A stretch of 40,131 bases of DNA from a virus (lineage: Duplodnaviria > Caudoviricetes): positions 1 to 40,131 of IMG/VR virus record IMGVR_UViG_3300037608_000038; one strand, written 5' to 3'. Both the position numbers and the translations under genes were made by a program. Under the pieces are notes generated by a model. The model was not told the DNA's origin and did not search any database. It worked only from the letters and a program-made list of their open reading frames with translations. Shown here piece after piece: positions 7,864 through 17,692 of the stretch (positions within the stretch are counted from its first letter, which is position 1; every line of letters starts with the position of its first letter).

Positions 7864-10800
7864 TTATTTTTTCTCTGCCCAAATCAAGGCTCTCTTGCGG
7901 TCCAGTTGTAGATATCTCTGATGTTTTTCTTCCGGCGTCATTTTAGTATCGGTGTTAAGCTTCTTAATTTGGGCGTTAATTCTGTCGATTTCCCGCCGCT
8001 TAAGGGTTTCTCTATACATAGCCTGCGGATTCGGGCTTCGTTGGTATGCCTTGGTTTGTTTTTCGCTCAGCGGACGGCGGTTGCTTTCGTAGTATTCTCT
8101 GGTTTCGGGAAAGCCGCCCGGCCCAAACAAAGCGCCCTTGACAGTGTTGGCCATGCCGGTATCTACGGGATATTTCAATTGCGTTCCCGCTGTATTATAT
8201 ACCCCGCCTTGGGACAATGCCCTTATGCCTCTGATCGTTTTTTGCGCCTGTGCTCCACCAAATGGCGGCAACGCTTTATATAAGGGGTCGCTCAATCCTT
8301 TTCCTATCAAGAGTCCAGTCCCAAACCTTGTAGGGTCATTTCTGCCAAATAGTTCTTTGCGGGTATAAGGCATTTTAGAATCTTTGCCAAAACCGTGCTC
8401 GGGGTACGCTGCCGCCACAAACTGCCCCGCAGGTGTGTTGGATATTACTTCACCCGCAAGCCTCCCGGCTCTTTGGGTTGGCGAAATGTCTTCTTCTGAT
8501 AAAGCATCGTAAACAGCATCGATAGGATCGAATACTATCCCGGAACCCCTAACTTGTTCCAACCCCCTATTAAGCAAAAAATTAGCTGCGTAAAGCATCG
8601 CCAAGCCTGTAAAGTCCCGCGCTTTTAAAAAGTCCCTCTGTACATGCCAAAGGTTGGCAACTTCAACGGTAAACGGGGCTACAAGCTGCACAAGCTTAGC
8701 CTGCTGGGCGATAGAAACTTCCCCTATCCCCCGACCTGCCACAAGGTTCCTGGTTATATCATCAGCATATTTTACGGGGTTAGCAATCTTTTCAGCCAGG
8801 GCTTTTTGATAGGTGGAATTCCAGATATACTCCGTCCCAACCTTGTCCATGACTTCAAGCATCCAGGCGGCAAACTTCTTAGGCTGGTCAATCAGCCTTT
8901 GGTCAAACTGGCGGAATGGATGCGAGAATCGCTCTTTTAGGAAGCCTGATTGCGCCATTTCCGCCGAAGGCTTGAATATTGACCTCACATACCGCGTAAA
9001 TCCGGGAATGGAATACTGCTTATTATAGGCTATTCCTTGGGGTACGTTGGCGATCTGTGAGAGGGAGGACGCGGCATTACCCATTATTACATTAGCTTTA
9101 ACTCTGCTGTTCAGCCAATTTAAGCCCTTAAATGCCATCCGTCCGCCTGGGATAATCTTTTGGATTGCTCTGTCAAAAGGGTTGGTTTTCCCGGCCAGTT
9201 GCCCGGAATAGTCCCGAAGATACTCTATGAAGGTGTTTAAATTTTTTGTTCCTTCTGTAGCTGTTGCCAACTCATCAGCTAACTTAGTAAACTTACTGAT
9301 GTGCGGATCGATATGTTTTGCATAAGAGGCTGCGGGAATATAGTCGAGAAAGCCGCCGACCGCATCGTTTTTAAACGGTCCTAGGCCGCGCTTTTGAGCA
9401 AAGGAGAGGAATTTAGACTTCGGTTGCGTAAAATCAGATATCCCGGCTAAACTAGGGTTGATGCCCGCAGGAGTTTCAAAGAGGTTTTTCACTCCCTCGA
9501 AAGTATCGGACAGTTCCCGGAAGTGCCGGTAATAGTCCTGACGTTCAGGGATCCTCTTACCTCTCCAAAGATCCTCGTTGTTCTTTAACTCTACCGCTTT
9601 ATTCAGCCTATCTTTAAGATGGTCTATTTGTTCCGTTAGCTGTTGGGCTTTAGCCCCGCGTCCTGTTGTGGCTTTTTGTGCTATTTCGAGTTCTTTCTGC
9701 TTACTTTGAATATCCTGTCTGATATTCTTAATATTATCGTCCAGGGCTGCCAGATCCCTTTCTACATATGGATATATTTTTGCACGGATTTCATTTACTT
9801 CATCCAGAAGAGTCTTATATGCTTTTCTAAACCATGTGTCAGCTTCTTTAACTTTGGCTAGTTCATCAGTCCTAAGGGATAACAGTTCTTGCTCCGTTAT
9901 GGTTTTCTCTCCGTATTTCTGGACCATTTTAGACAATCTACTGCCTTTTTGTATACCTAACCTATCCACTACTTCCGTTTTGAGTTTGTTAGCCCATAGC
10001 TCCTGCGTTTCTACGTTTGCCTTTTTTGAAGCGTCAAAAGGATCAAGTATTTCCTTTTTCACCTTAGGAAAATGTTCTCCAAATACAGCCTCGAAGTTGC
10101 GGTATACGGAGTTGGTATATGCCCGCCACCCGCTTAGGTCTTTTAGTTTTGTGGGGTTAAGAGGTTCATCAAGTTTTTGGGCAGTTTGTTTTATTGGTTC
10201 TTCCCAACTAGGTACTTTCGGAGGTTTGCCTTTCATAGCACGTATTTCGTCTACTATTTGTGACCTTGTTTTCGTTTCGCCTATGAAAGCATCTTTATCA
10301 TATACTTTAGGCTGTTCGATGGTTTGTTTAAACTCTAGGGGAGTAACCTGTGCCTGAGCCTGTTTCTTGGGCAGTATGGGAGGTTTTGCAGGGTCGTAAG
10401 GTTTGCCGATCATCTCGAAGTTTTGTCCTTCATTCAATAGCCTTCCACTTTGAACAGCTTCACTCTGGCTATCCCGTACTACTTTGCGAATTGCGGCCTT
10501 TTGGGTATCGTTCATATTGTCCCAGTCTACGCCTATTTCTTTAGCTACTCCTTTAACCAACATTTCAGGATCTGCAGAACCTACACGTTTAAATACTTTG
10601 TCAAATGCAGGCTTAATTTTGTTGGCCAACGCCGGCAATCCTACCTCTGCTAACGGCCCGAAAATAGCCGCACCGCCTCCATATAAGGCCGCCTCTGTGC
10701 CTGCCTGCTTGAGAACGTCTGTTCCCCTCTTGCCTTCGGCAAAGGCCTCTACGCCCCCTTTAACGGCTCCTAAAGGAGCGTCGCCGACGAGTCCGGTTAC

Positions 10801-11265
10801 AGCAGATTTAAGAACGGGGCTGGCGATTTTAGAGATAAAGGGTAGTTTGCTGGCTGCTTGGTACGCCTTACCGAATGGCAGAATGCTCCCAGCCAGCTGT
10901 CCCGCTGTGGCAGTAGATAGTATCCCCTGGCTGTACTTGGGCATTTCCTGGGCTAATTTTTCTTGCCCTGCGCCCAAGGTTAATCCACTCATCATATTTG
11001 ATAGAAACACGTCGCCGCGGTTATACTCCCCCCTGTTCAAGGCCTCCCCCGCCTGACGGGTTACTCTGTCCCTGGGCAGTTCGTAGGGTTCAGGCGGAGC
11101 CATTTGAGTATTAAAAATACCGCCTTGTTGTGGCGGCTGGGGGGGAGACAATACAGGCTGCTGATATTGCGGGGAGGGATTAGTTTCCCATGAAGGCTTT
11201 TTAACGGAAGTCTGTATTCTATTTGTATCGGTATTTGTTTCCCATGAAGGCCTTTTTAAAGCCAT
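7864..11265 (-). CDS. Large internal virion / DNA-ejection protein (1133 aa)
   Basis: Last large gene of a podoviral tail module; low-complexity N-terminus with two K(R/K)PSWET motifs, Gly/Ala-rich membrane-type segments and a helical C-terminus. Confidence 0.7.
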   Translation of the reverse strand: MALKRPSWETNTDTNRIQTSVKKPSWETNPSPQYQQPVLSPPQPPQQGGIFNTQMAPPEPYELPRDRVTRQAGEALNRGEYNRGDVFLSNMMSGLTLGAGQEKLAQEMPKYSQGILSTATAGQLAGSILPFGKAYQAASKLPFISKIASPVLKSAVTGLVGDAPLGAVKGGVEAFAEGKRGTDVLKQAGTEAALYGGGAAIFGPLAEVGLPALANKIKPAFDKVFKRVGSADPEMLVKGVAKEIGVDWDNMNDTQKAAIRKVVRDSQSEAVQSGRLLNEGQNFEMIGKPYDPAKPPILPKKQAQAQVTPLEFKQTIEQPKVYDKDAFIGETKTRSQIVDEIRAMKGKPPKVPSWEEPIKQTAQKLDEPLNPTKLKDLSGWRAYTNSVYRNFEAVFGEHFPKVKKEILDPFDASKKANVETQELWANKLKTEVVDRLGIQKGSRLSKMVQKYGEKTITEQELLSLRTDELAKVKEADTWFRKAYKTLLDEVNEIRAKIYPYVERDLAALDDNIKNIRQDIQSKQKELEIAQKATTGRGAKAQQLTEQIDHLKDRLNKAVELKNNEDLWRGKRIPERQDYYRHFRELSDTFEGVKNLFETPAGINPSLAGISDFTQPKSKFLSFAQKRGLGPFKNDAVGGFLDYIPAASYAKHIDPHISKFTKLADELATATEGTKNLNTFIEYLRDYSGQLAGKTNPFDRAIQKIIPGGRMAFKGLNWLNSRVKANVIMGNAASSLSQIANVPQGIAYNKQYSIPGFTRYVRSIFKPSAEMAQSGFLKERFSHPFRQFDQRLIDQPKKFAAWMLEVMDKVGTEYIWNSTYQKALAEKIANPVKYADDITRNLVAGRGIGEVSIAQQAKLVQLVAPFTVEVANLWHVQRDFLKARDFTGLAMLYAANFLLNRGLEQVRGSGIVFDPIDAVYDALSEEDISPTQRAGRLAGEVISNTPAGQFVAAAYPEHGFGKDSKMPYTRKELFGRNDPTRFGTGLLIGKGLSDPLYKALPPFGGAQAQKTIRGIRALSQGGVYNTAGTQLKYPVDTGMANTVKGALFGPGGFPETREYYESNRRPLSEKQTKAYQRSPNPQAMYRETLKRREIDRINAQIKKLNTDTKMTPEEKHQRYLQLDRKRALIWAEKK
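11180..11235 (-). repeat. 56-bp inverted repeat, copy 2 (partner 7359-7414)
   Basis: Encodes NTDTNRIQTSVKKPSWET in the ejection protein. Confidence 0.95.
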
Positions 11266-11283
11266 ACTAACCCCTCCTTTTTT

Positions 11284-12630
11284 CTACTTATAGCTGGGGT
11301 AAAGCTGTTCAAGTAAGTACTGATAAGCACCGGGACCAGCGTCTTGGATAATTTCTGCTTTGTGATTAAAAAGCCAGTCGTTCCGCTCTTGCAGTGAACT
11401 GAACCGGTTCATTTCTTTAATTGCAGATGCTATCCAATAATTAGTTGTTTCTGTTTGCGTAGGACCTTTAATGCTTGGTAATCTATTTTGTTGCTGCTGT
11501 AACTGTTGCTGCTGATATGGTGTAGGCCCTGCAATATACGGCAGCTGGGCCCTGTAGTTCTGCTCTCCCTGATTATACTGGGCAAGTTCCTGTTCTCTTC
11601 CGGCTTTCTCCGCTGCCAGCTGTCGGGTTGCGTATTGGCTCATAGTATTTTGCAGGGCTGTTTTTGTGCTGTCTGCGTAAGAACTAAAGGCATTCATCTG
11701 GTTTTTACCGTACCCGCTTAGAGCGCTAAGCCTAGATTGGGCAAACTGCAGCAGTGAACTGATCATCTGGTTCTGCAGATCCTGGACACGTTGGGCGCGG
11801 ATCATCGTTTCCCGTTCATTGGCCGTCCCTGCCAGTTTTCCAAATTCTTCGATTGTGATGCCGGATTGTGCTATTCCTCTGCGGTTTAGTTCTTCCATAA
11901 TCTGCTGCCCACGCTGTTTAACCGATTGCTCTAAACTGGCAAGGGCTTGTTGGGTTGCCGGGTCTATGCCGCCTATCTGGTCCTGGAACATCTTAAGTAT
12001 TTCTGATTTAGCGCTTTCTAAGGCCGCTAGTTCGTTATTGCTTATTTGAGCTGCTAAGCCTATGTTAGAATTATACAAAGCCTGATACTCTTGTTGCATA
12101 GCCTGATACCCTTGTTGCATAGCTATAAAAGCAGGGTCTTTTGTTACGTCATATGCAATTTGCTTTTTTTCTATTATTGCATTGGGTTGGTAATTCTGCT
12201 GGTTCGGATCTAGCAGGCTCTGGTATAGTTGGGCTTGAGTTTGAGTCATATCTCCTGCCGGTCCGGATCCTCTTTGTTCTGCTTTTTGCTCTATTCCTCC
12301 GTCCTGGTATCCTCCGCCTACTCTGATGGTAGAATCTCCGGACATTCCGGTGTAGGGGGAGCCTTGTCCTTCACCGGTGGTTGTCCTGAAATCGCCCATA
12401 CCGCCTGAAGCAGGGGCAGATTGTTGACTTAATTTTGAAGTATTAAGATTGGGCAATGTAGGGGTTGATGGTTTATACACCATCGGTTGAGGTGCAGATG
12501 TTCCAGCTTGCGTATATTTAGATTGTGGAGCATATGAACTCTTGTTATACCAAGTATCGCCAAACTTTATTTGGCCTGCAGCTGTACGCCTTTCCGTTTC
12601 TCTTAAATCTCCAAATCCCATAATAATCAT
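11284..12630 (-). CDS. Gln-rich coiled-coil internal virion / ejection protein
   Basis: Position, Q/A-rich helical composition, LNRRGIAQSG motif. Confidence 0.6.
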   Translation of the reverse strand: MIIMGFGDLRETERRTAAGQIKFGDTWYNKSSYAPQSKYTQAGTSAPQPMVYKPSTPTLPNLNTSKLSQQSAPASGGMGDFRTTTGEGQGSPYTGMSGDSTIRVGGGYQDGGIEQKAEQRGSGPAGDMTQTQAQLYQSLLDPNQQNYQPNAIIEKKQIAYDVTKDPAFIAMQQGYQAMQQEYQALYNSNIGLAAQISNNELAALESAKSEILKMFQDQIGGIDPATQQALASLEQSVKQRGQQIMEELNRRGIAQSGITIEEFGKLAGTANERETMIRAQRVQDLQNQMISSLLQFAQSRLSALSGYGKNQMNAFSSYADSTKTALQNTMSQYATRQLAAEKAGREQELAQYNQGEQNYRAQLPYIAGPTPYQQQQLQQQQNRLPSIKGPTQTETTNYWIASAIKEMNRFSSLQERNDWLFNHKAEIIQDAGPGAYQYLLEQLYPSYK

Positions 12631-12653
12631 CTCCTTTTACAAATAAAAAGAGC

Positions 12654-13145
12654 CTATTGGCTCTCTTCTTTCCAGGCTTTATATGACCGCTCTATATAAT
12701 CCAGGGTTCCGTCAGGCGCGTTAATTATTTCTGCCGCCCTTCGTTCTTCTGCATATGCTATTTCCTCTTCTTTATCTAAATTGTTAAAATTAAATCTGCC
12801 GTTATTATATCTGCTTATGTGGACAGATTCATGTACCAATGTGACTGCAATTGTATAAGGCTTATATTCATCAAATATTGTATATTGTCGATAAGCTACT
12901 ACCGTCATTCCAAAACTACCGTCTTTATGAGCTCCATTAAAATCATCTGTTTTGTTATAAAAAATCCGCTTTACGTTTTCTGTTATTAACCTATGATGTT
13001 CCGGGCTTTTTTCTTTAAGCAACGCCAGGGCCTCGTGGATATCCTTCTGGAACTCCTCCGGACCCTCTATTATTGGTTGTTGACTGCATCCTACCAACAA
13101 TAACGCAAGCAGTATAAAAACAATCAGGCGTTTCATATACACCAC
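12654..13145 (-). CDS. Lipoprotein with HExxH motif (moron)
   Basis: LLLVGC lipobox; TLVHESVH...EE motif; own promoter TTGACT-18-TATATT at 13186-13157. Confidence 0.75.
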   Translation of the reverse strand: MVYMKRLIVFILLALLLVGCSQQPIIEGPEEFQKDIHEALALLKEKSPEHHRLITENVKRIFYNKTDDFNGAHKDGSFGMTVVAYRQYTIFDEYKPYTIAVTLVHESVHISRYNNGRFNFNNLDKEEEIAYAEERRAAEIINAPDGTLDYIERSYKAWKEESQ

Positions 13146-13182
13146 CTCTCATCTTTAATATACGCATAAATACATATATTAG

Positions 13183-13707
13183 TCAAGGCACATAAATCAA
13201 CCTGGCCCCTGACAAATACGCCTTATAGGTCCCATCGCTGGTCTTTAGCTTAACCCAGATATTCTGGGCGGCGGTTGGCATTGTCAAAGCAGAACTTCTA
13301 ATTCGCTGGGGCGTTATTTCTGCCGTGGCCGCCGTGCCAAAATCTGCCGACCCTGTTATAGTACAGGTTGCTGTAGCTGCGGCGTTTTCACTGTAGATAG
13401 TAGCTTCTAAATACCATAGCCCTCCGGTATTCGTGGGGAAGTTGGTCGGGTTCCACCGGAAATATGCTCCTACGTTAACCCCGGTGGTATTAACAGTTTC
13501 ATAGGGGGATGCGGGAAGTACCAGAGGGATTGGTACTTCCCGCCAGGTCAGTTTATCAGGGGGTACGGTGGCTTTATAGATGTCAGAACCGTTTATATTT
13601 CCGTTAGCCCACAGTTCCAGCTCATACTTAAACTTAACCAGGTACTGGGTTATATCCTTTATGTCCTTGGGGTCAGTTGGAGGTGGCAAGAATTGCAGTT
13701 TACTCAT
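13183..13707 (-). CDS. Putative tail-associated structural protein
   Basis: ATGA-coupled to the nozzle gene; beta-rich C-terminus. Confidence 0.55.
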   Translation of the reverse strand: MSKLQFLPPPTDPKDIKDITQYLVKFKYELELWANGNINGSDIYKATVPPDKLTWREVPIPLVLPASPYETVNTTGVNVGAYFRWNPTNFPTNTGGLWYLEATIYSENAAATATCTITGSADFGTAATAEITPQRIRSSALTMPTAAQNIWVKLKTSDGTYKAYLSGARLIYVP

Positions 13708-16700
13708 GCCGTTTCCCTCACCTTCTTAACAATGTACTCCTGTAGTAATTCTTGAAAAGTCACCCCGCCGTTGGTAGTTGCCTGTACTATTCTATAGCCC
13801 AACGTACGAACTTTACGAATATTTAGCGCGTTAAGTTTTAACTTGTATGTTTCCACCTCTTTATTGCTGGAACCAGGGACAGTAAAAGTTAAGGCAGTGG
13901 CATTTTCTACACCGTCTACATTGAAATATACACTTACTGTCACAGCAGAGGAGGCCGGGACTACGGCAAAATATGCGCGGCCTACTTTCTTTTCTACAGC
14001 CGATGAGCCAAAATTAAAATGCTTGGTTTTCCATTCCATCTCAATAGCCGCGTCGTTATCAGCAGTCCCGTAATCCGCTTGAGATACTTGTCCTTCGTTG
14101 GAGTGGCCATATAAAAGCACCTCCTTACCTTTTTCTACGAACTTGCAATAACACGAAGCGTGATCCGCGAACTGTTCTATATACAGGGACTTCCTAATGC
14201 CGTCATAAACGATTCTACGGTTATTGTAGGTGGAAGTACTATAAGGAAATTCCACTCTTAACCTGTGGTCAAAATAGGAGGCACAGGCGATGCTTAATTT
14301 CCGCCTGTTCAAAAGTTTCCAGTAATTCTTTAACCTTTCCGTGAGTAAAGTAACTTGAGACAAATTAGACACATATACCCCTTCGGAAGAAACAAACAGA
14401 AATACATCTTCCATTGTGATCAAAGACCTTGGAGCCACGCATCCTATTCCTTCGTGCAGCCTTCTGACTGCAAAGTCAGAAGCGGCCTGTCCTAACAGGA
14501 TCCAAACGCTTCTTTGTTTAGTTATAATAAGATAATCCCCGAAGGCCATTATATTAGTGATATAGTCGCCGTCATTAGGGGAAATATCAATATATGACGT
14601 GGCCCCCCAGGTATCCTCATCCAAGATATCGGACCAGTAAAGTCTTGATCTATTGGCTGATACGCTGGCCATGAATATCCTGTTTTTGTGAGCTGCCACA
14701 TATTGGCAGTGAGGAGGGGTTCCGCCTACATTCGATACCGCGTCTATACCGTTCCATTTTTTTGGGGCGTCTATACCGTTAACGATAATAAAGACATCCT
14801 TCAGGGTAGTAAAATAATAACTCCCCCCTGCTGTAAGCCCGGTCAAAAGCGTTGTAGCTGCAGGTGAATCATCAAATGTAATAGTCGCGCTTTGCACTGA
14901 TGCCGTTTTGGTATAGATAATCCTGATCTGAATATGGTTTTGGGCTGTATGGTTTAATGTACCGTCAGCCGAAGCATTAACCCAGACACTCCAGGCAGTG
15001 CCTCCGTCTGAACTGGACCGGGATTGATGCGACACTGCCCCGTCTCCCGCTGTGCTGCTAACCTGTAAATTCCCCGACCCAGTATTGGTAGCGCTGGATA
15101 CATCTATAGTTGGAGACGTCCAGGTTGCACGTTTCCCGTCTTGCGGTATGGTTAATGTTATATCCGCTACTGTCGGCGTTGCGAGGGTATCAGTTGTGGC
15201 TAATGTGATCCTAGTCTGCATGTAGTAGTTAAGGTTCGTGAGCGCATTCCCGCTAGTTTGCGCCGCCCATGCTGACCAATTAGCGTTATCATCACTACCC
15301 CTTGTATCTACTGTTACCGTTGTATTTGCCGGGGTTGTTTTGGTCCAGGCAATAGTATGGTTAGACGCGGGGTTAATATTTAAGACTGTCAATGTCGGTA
15401 ATGTACAAACGCCTGATGATTGATATACCGTAGGATATGAGATAACCAGGCTTGCCGCTGTAGGCGTTTCCGCTATGTCCGTCGTAGACAGAGTTAATCT
15501 GTACTGCACATAATTAGAGGCCGTCAGGCTCCCGCCATCGGCCCCCCAGGCGTTCCACGTTGTATTATCCGCGGAGGTGCGGTATTCTTTTGTTATACTT
15601 GTGTTTGTCGGGGTAACGCTGGTTAATGTCGCTGTACCGTTTGCTCCGGCGTTAGGGTTCATAACAGGAGACGTCCATGTACCGGAGGTTTTATAGGCGC
15701 TTGTCACCGAAACGGTGACGTCATCAAGGCTGGGCGTTACTGCGGTGTCTGTTGTGGCAAGGTTGCCCCTCCATTGAACCTTATAGCCTGTTAAATCGGT
15801 TCCTTTGGCTATTATAGTCGCGCCGCTTGCCACGTCCAATTGCCAAGCCCCCCAGGCGCTGCCGTCATAGATTCTGTAATCTACTGTTAATGTAGTGTTG
15901 GCCGGGGTTGTTTTGGTAAAGGATATGGCTCCTGCCTTCGCTATCTTTGGGTCACTTACAATAAGCTCGCCATGGGTGTAGACGCCAGAACCTTTATATG
16001 CGGCATACGCCTCAGTTGGCGGCGTAAAATTAGAAGTCCACCTCGCAATACCTTTACTAAATCTAAACTCATCTATCCATCCATTAAAATAGCGGGCATA
16101 CTCACCAAGCCTGCTAACAGCAAACTTGTTTGTTGAATTATTTACGGTAACGTCTGTTACGTCTTTAGTTCCGTCTGCAGTGCCATCTATATATAGGGTC
16201 AGTGTGTTTCCATTTCTTACCACAGCCAGGTGGTGCCAAGCGGTGTCTGTTATTGTTCCGGTAGAAGTGATACCATAACTAGTACTCCCCGAATATACTG
16301 CTACTGTTACCTTATCTACGTCATTTATCTGCATTATCGTACTTATCGTAGAGGCGGTCACACTGGCATCACATTGTCCATATATAGCATGGTCAACACC
16401 AGTTGCGTTGCGTTTTATCCACAAATCAACAGTAAAATTTCCACTGCCTAGAGTAAAATCATCATGGTCAGGCGTGTCTATATAATCGTCCGTCCCGTCA
16501 AACCGTCCGGAAGCTGTGCCAAATTTCTTTTCCGCCGTATTAAGCTGAGCATCGCCATAAGCCGTCCACGTTTTGCCCGCTTCATCGGTAAACGTAGTCG
16601 AAGCGTTTGCGCCGTCAAAATGAAGCAGGTTTTTTGTGTATGAATCTATACTGCCGCCTGCTAGTTTCACGGCATTATCTATAGCCTGAGTGTCGCTGTG

Positions 16701-17366
16701 CGTACCGTTGAAATCCGCCGTCGCAGTGGCGGTATTGGAATAATCCGTACCTTCTTTATTCAGTTTTACATCTCCTGCGCTGGCCGTAGTGTTGGCATTA
16801 GACAGGGTCCCTGCGTCCCATTCGGCTTGAGTATCGAAAGTACGGCTAAACGCCGCATGTTTTGCCGCTATTTTTATATCTCCCGCGCTGGTGGTAGTAT
16901 CTATCTGGGAGTTAGTACAGGCCTCCCATTCGGATTGAGACGATACCGCCTGGATAACGTTACTGGCTGACCCTGCTGCTATCTTTAAATCTCCCGGGGT
17001 GGCTGCCGTATCGCATTCTGCTGATTTAGTACCATTGTCCCAATCGGCTTTGGAGGTATAGGTAGTCACTAAGTGAGGGGTGTCCTTATATAGTTTCGTC
17101 CCGGAGGCCATCACAATATTACTGGTCCCGTCAGACTTATAAAAAGCCCCCATCCCTACTACCGGGTTGGAGGCATCGAAGGCGGCGGCAAATCTCTCTA
17201 CCCTGCCTAAGCAGGTTTTAAGGATTCCTTTTTCTTCAAGGTTCGGATTTTTAAGAAATTCAGCTTCGTTATCGTTTAAGATTGCAGGGTGAACGACACC
17301 ATTCATGCCGCCGCTTTGTTCTCTCAAAATCCCAATATTCCATTTACCTGATTTTATCTTTGTCAT
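13704..17366 (-). CDS. Tail nozzle / stabilisation protein (beta-propeller) with an inserted nested stalk and LamG (ConA-like) domain
   Basis: Propeller-like N- and C-terminal parts (GGMNG, HKNRIF, RLYWSD...W, GDYIT, IGCVAPRS); LamG core LLHFDG...FTVDLWI...WHHLAVVR..LTLYIDG..GWIDEFR. Confidence 0.7.
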   Translation of the reverse strand: MTKIKSGKWNIGILREQSGGMNGVVHPAILNDNEAEFLKNPNLEEKGILKTCLGRVERFAAAFDASNPVVGMGAFYKSDGTSNIVMASGTKLYKDTPHLVTTYTSKADWDNGTKSAECDTAATPGDLKIAAGSASNVIQAVSSQSEWEACTNSQIDTTTSAGDIKIAAKHAAFSRTFDTQAEWDAGTLSNANTTASAGDVKLNKEGTDYSNTATATADFNGTHSDTQAIDNAVKLAGGSIDSYTKNLLHFDGANASTTFTDEAGKTWTAYGDAQLNTAEKKFGTASGRFDGTDDYIDTPDHDDFTLGSGNFTVDLWIKRNATGVDHAIYGQCDASVTASTISTIMQINDVDKVTVAVYSGSTSYGITSTGTITDTAWHHLAVVRNGNTLTLYIDGTADGTKDVTDVTVNNSTNKFAVSRLGEYARYFNGWIDEFRFSKGIARWTSNFTPPTEAYAAYKGSGVYTHGELIVSDPKIAKAGAISFTKTTPANTTLTVDYRIYDGSAWGAWQLDVASGATIIAKGTDLTGYKVQWRGNLATTDTAVTPSLDDVTVSVTSAYKTSGTWTSPVMNPNAGANGTATLTSVTPTNTSITKEYRTSADNTTWNAWGADGGSLTASNYVQYRLTLSTTDIAETPTAASLVISYPTVYQSSGVCTLPTLTVLNINPASNHTIAWTKTTPANTTVTVDTRGSDDNANWSAWAAQTSGNALTNLNYYMQTRITLATTDTLATPTVADITLTIPQDGKRATWTSPTIDVSSATNTGSGNLQVSSTAGDGAVSHQSRSSSDGGTAWSVWVNASADGTLNHTAQNHIQIRIIYTKTASVQSATITFDDSPAATTLLTGLTAGGSYYFTTLKDVFIIVNGIDAPKKWNGIDAVSNVGGTPPHCQYVAAHKNRIFMASVSANRSRLYWSDILDEDTWGATSYIDISPNDGDYITNIMAFGDYLIITKQRSVWILLGQAASDFAVRRLHEGIGCVAPRSLITMEDVFLFVSSEGVYVSNLSQVTLLTERLKNYWKLLNRRKLSIACASYFDHRLRVEFPYSTSTYNNRRIVYDGIRKSLYIEQFADHASCYCKFVEKGKEVLLYGHSNEGQVSQADYGTADNDAAIEMEWKTKHFNFGSSAVEKKVGRAYFAVVPASSAVTVSVYFNVDGVENATALTFTVPGSSNKEVETYKLKLNALNIRKVRTLGYRIVQATTNGGVTFQELLQEYIVKKVRETA

Positions 17367-17377
17367 TCACCCTCACC

Positions 17378-17692
17378 TCATTTATAATCAGATAAGGCTC
17401 CCATGAGCTTTTCTAAGGTTATTTCTTTATTAGGGTTTATAACCTTGGGGGTACCGTCAGACCCAATAGATGCAAAATCATAATCCTTCGGAGTGTTCCG
17501 GATTAACTCTGCTCCTTCCGGAGTGTCCAGGTATTCCCCGAGCTTTTCCCGGACTTTTTTCATCATTATAGAAGCCGGGTCATTAAAACCCGGCTTCCAT
17601 CCGCATTCAAACGCTAAATTATATAATTCTGTTCTATTCATCGCCCCAAGTACTCCTTTTTTGTCGCTGTTGTTCCCGTTTTTCCTGATCAA
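17378..17692 (-). CDS. Hypothetical protein (true start possibly MNRTEL at 17641)
   Basis: ORF in the virion operon. Confidence 0.55.
   Translation of the reverse strand: MIRKNGNNSDKKGVLGAMNRTELYNLAFECGWKPGFNDPASIMMKKVREKLGEYLDTPEGAELIRNTPKDYDFASIGSDGTPKVINPNKEITLEKLMGALSDYK

Noticed and set aside
7359-11235. Diversity-generating retroelement TR/VR pair
   Set aside because: No reverse transcriptase in the genome, the repeat is short and inverted, and it is not at the 3' end of a target gene
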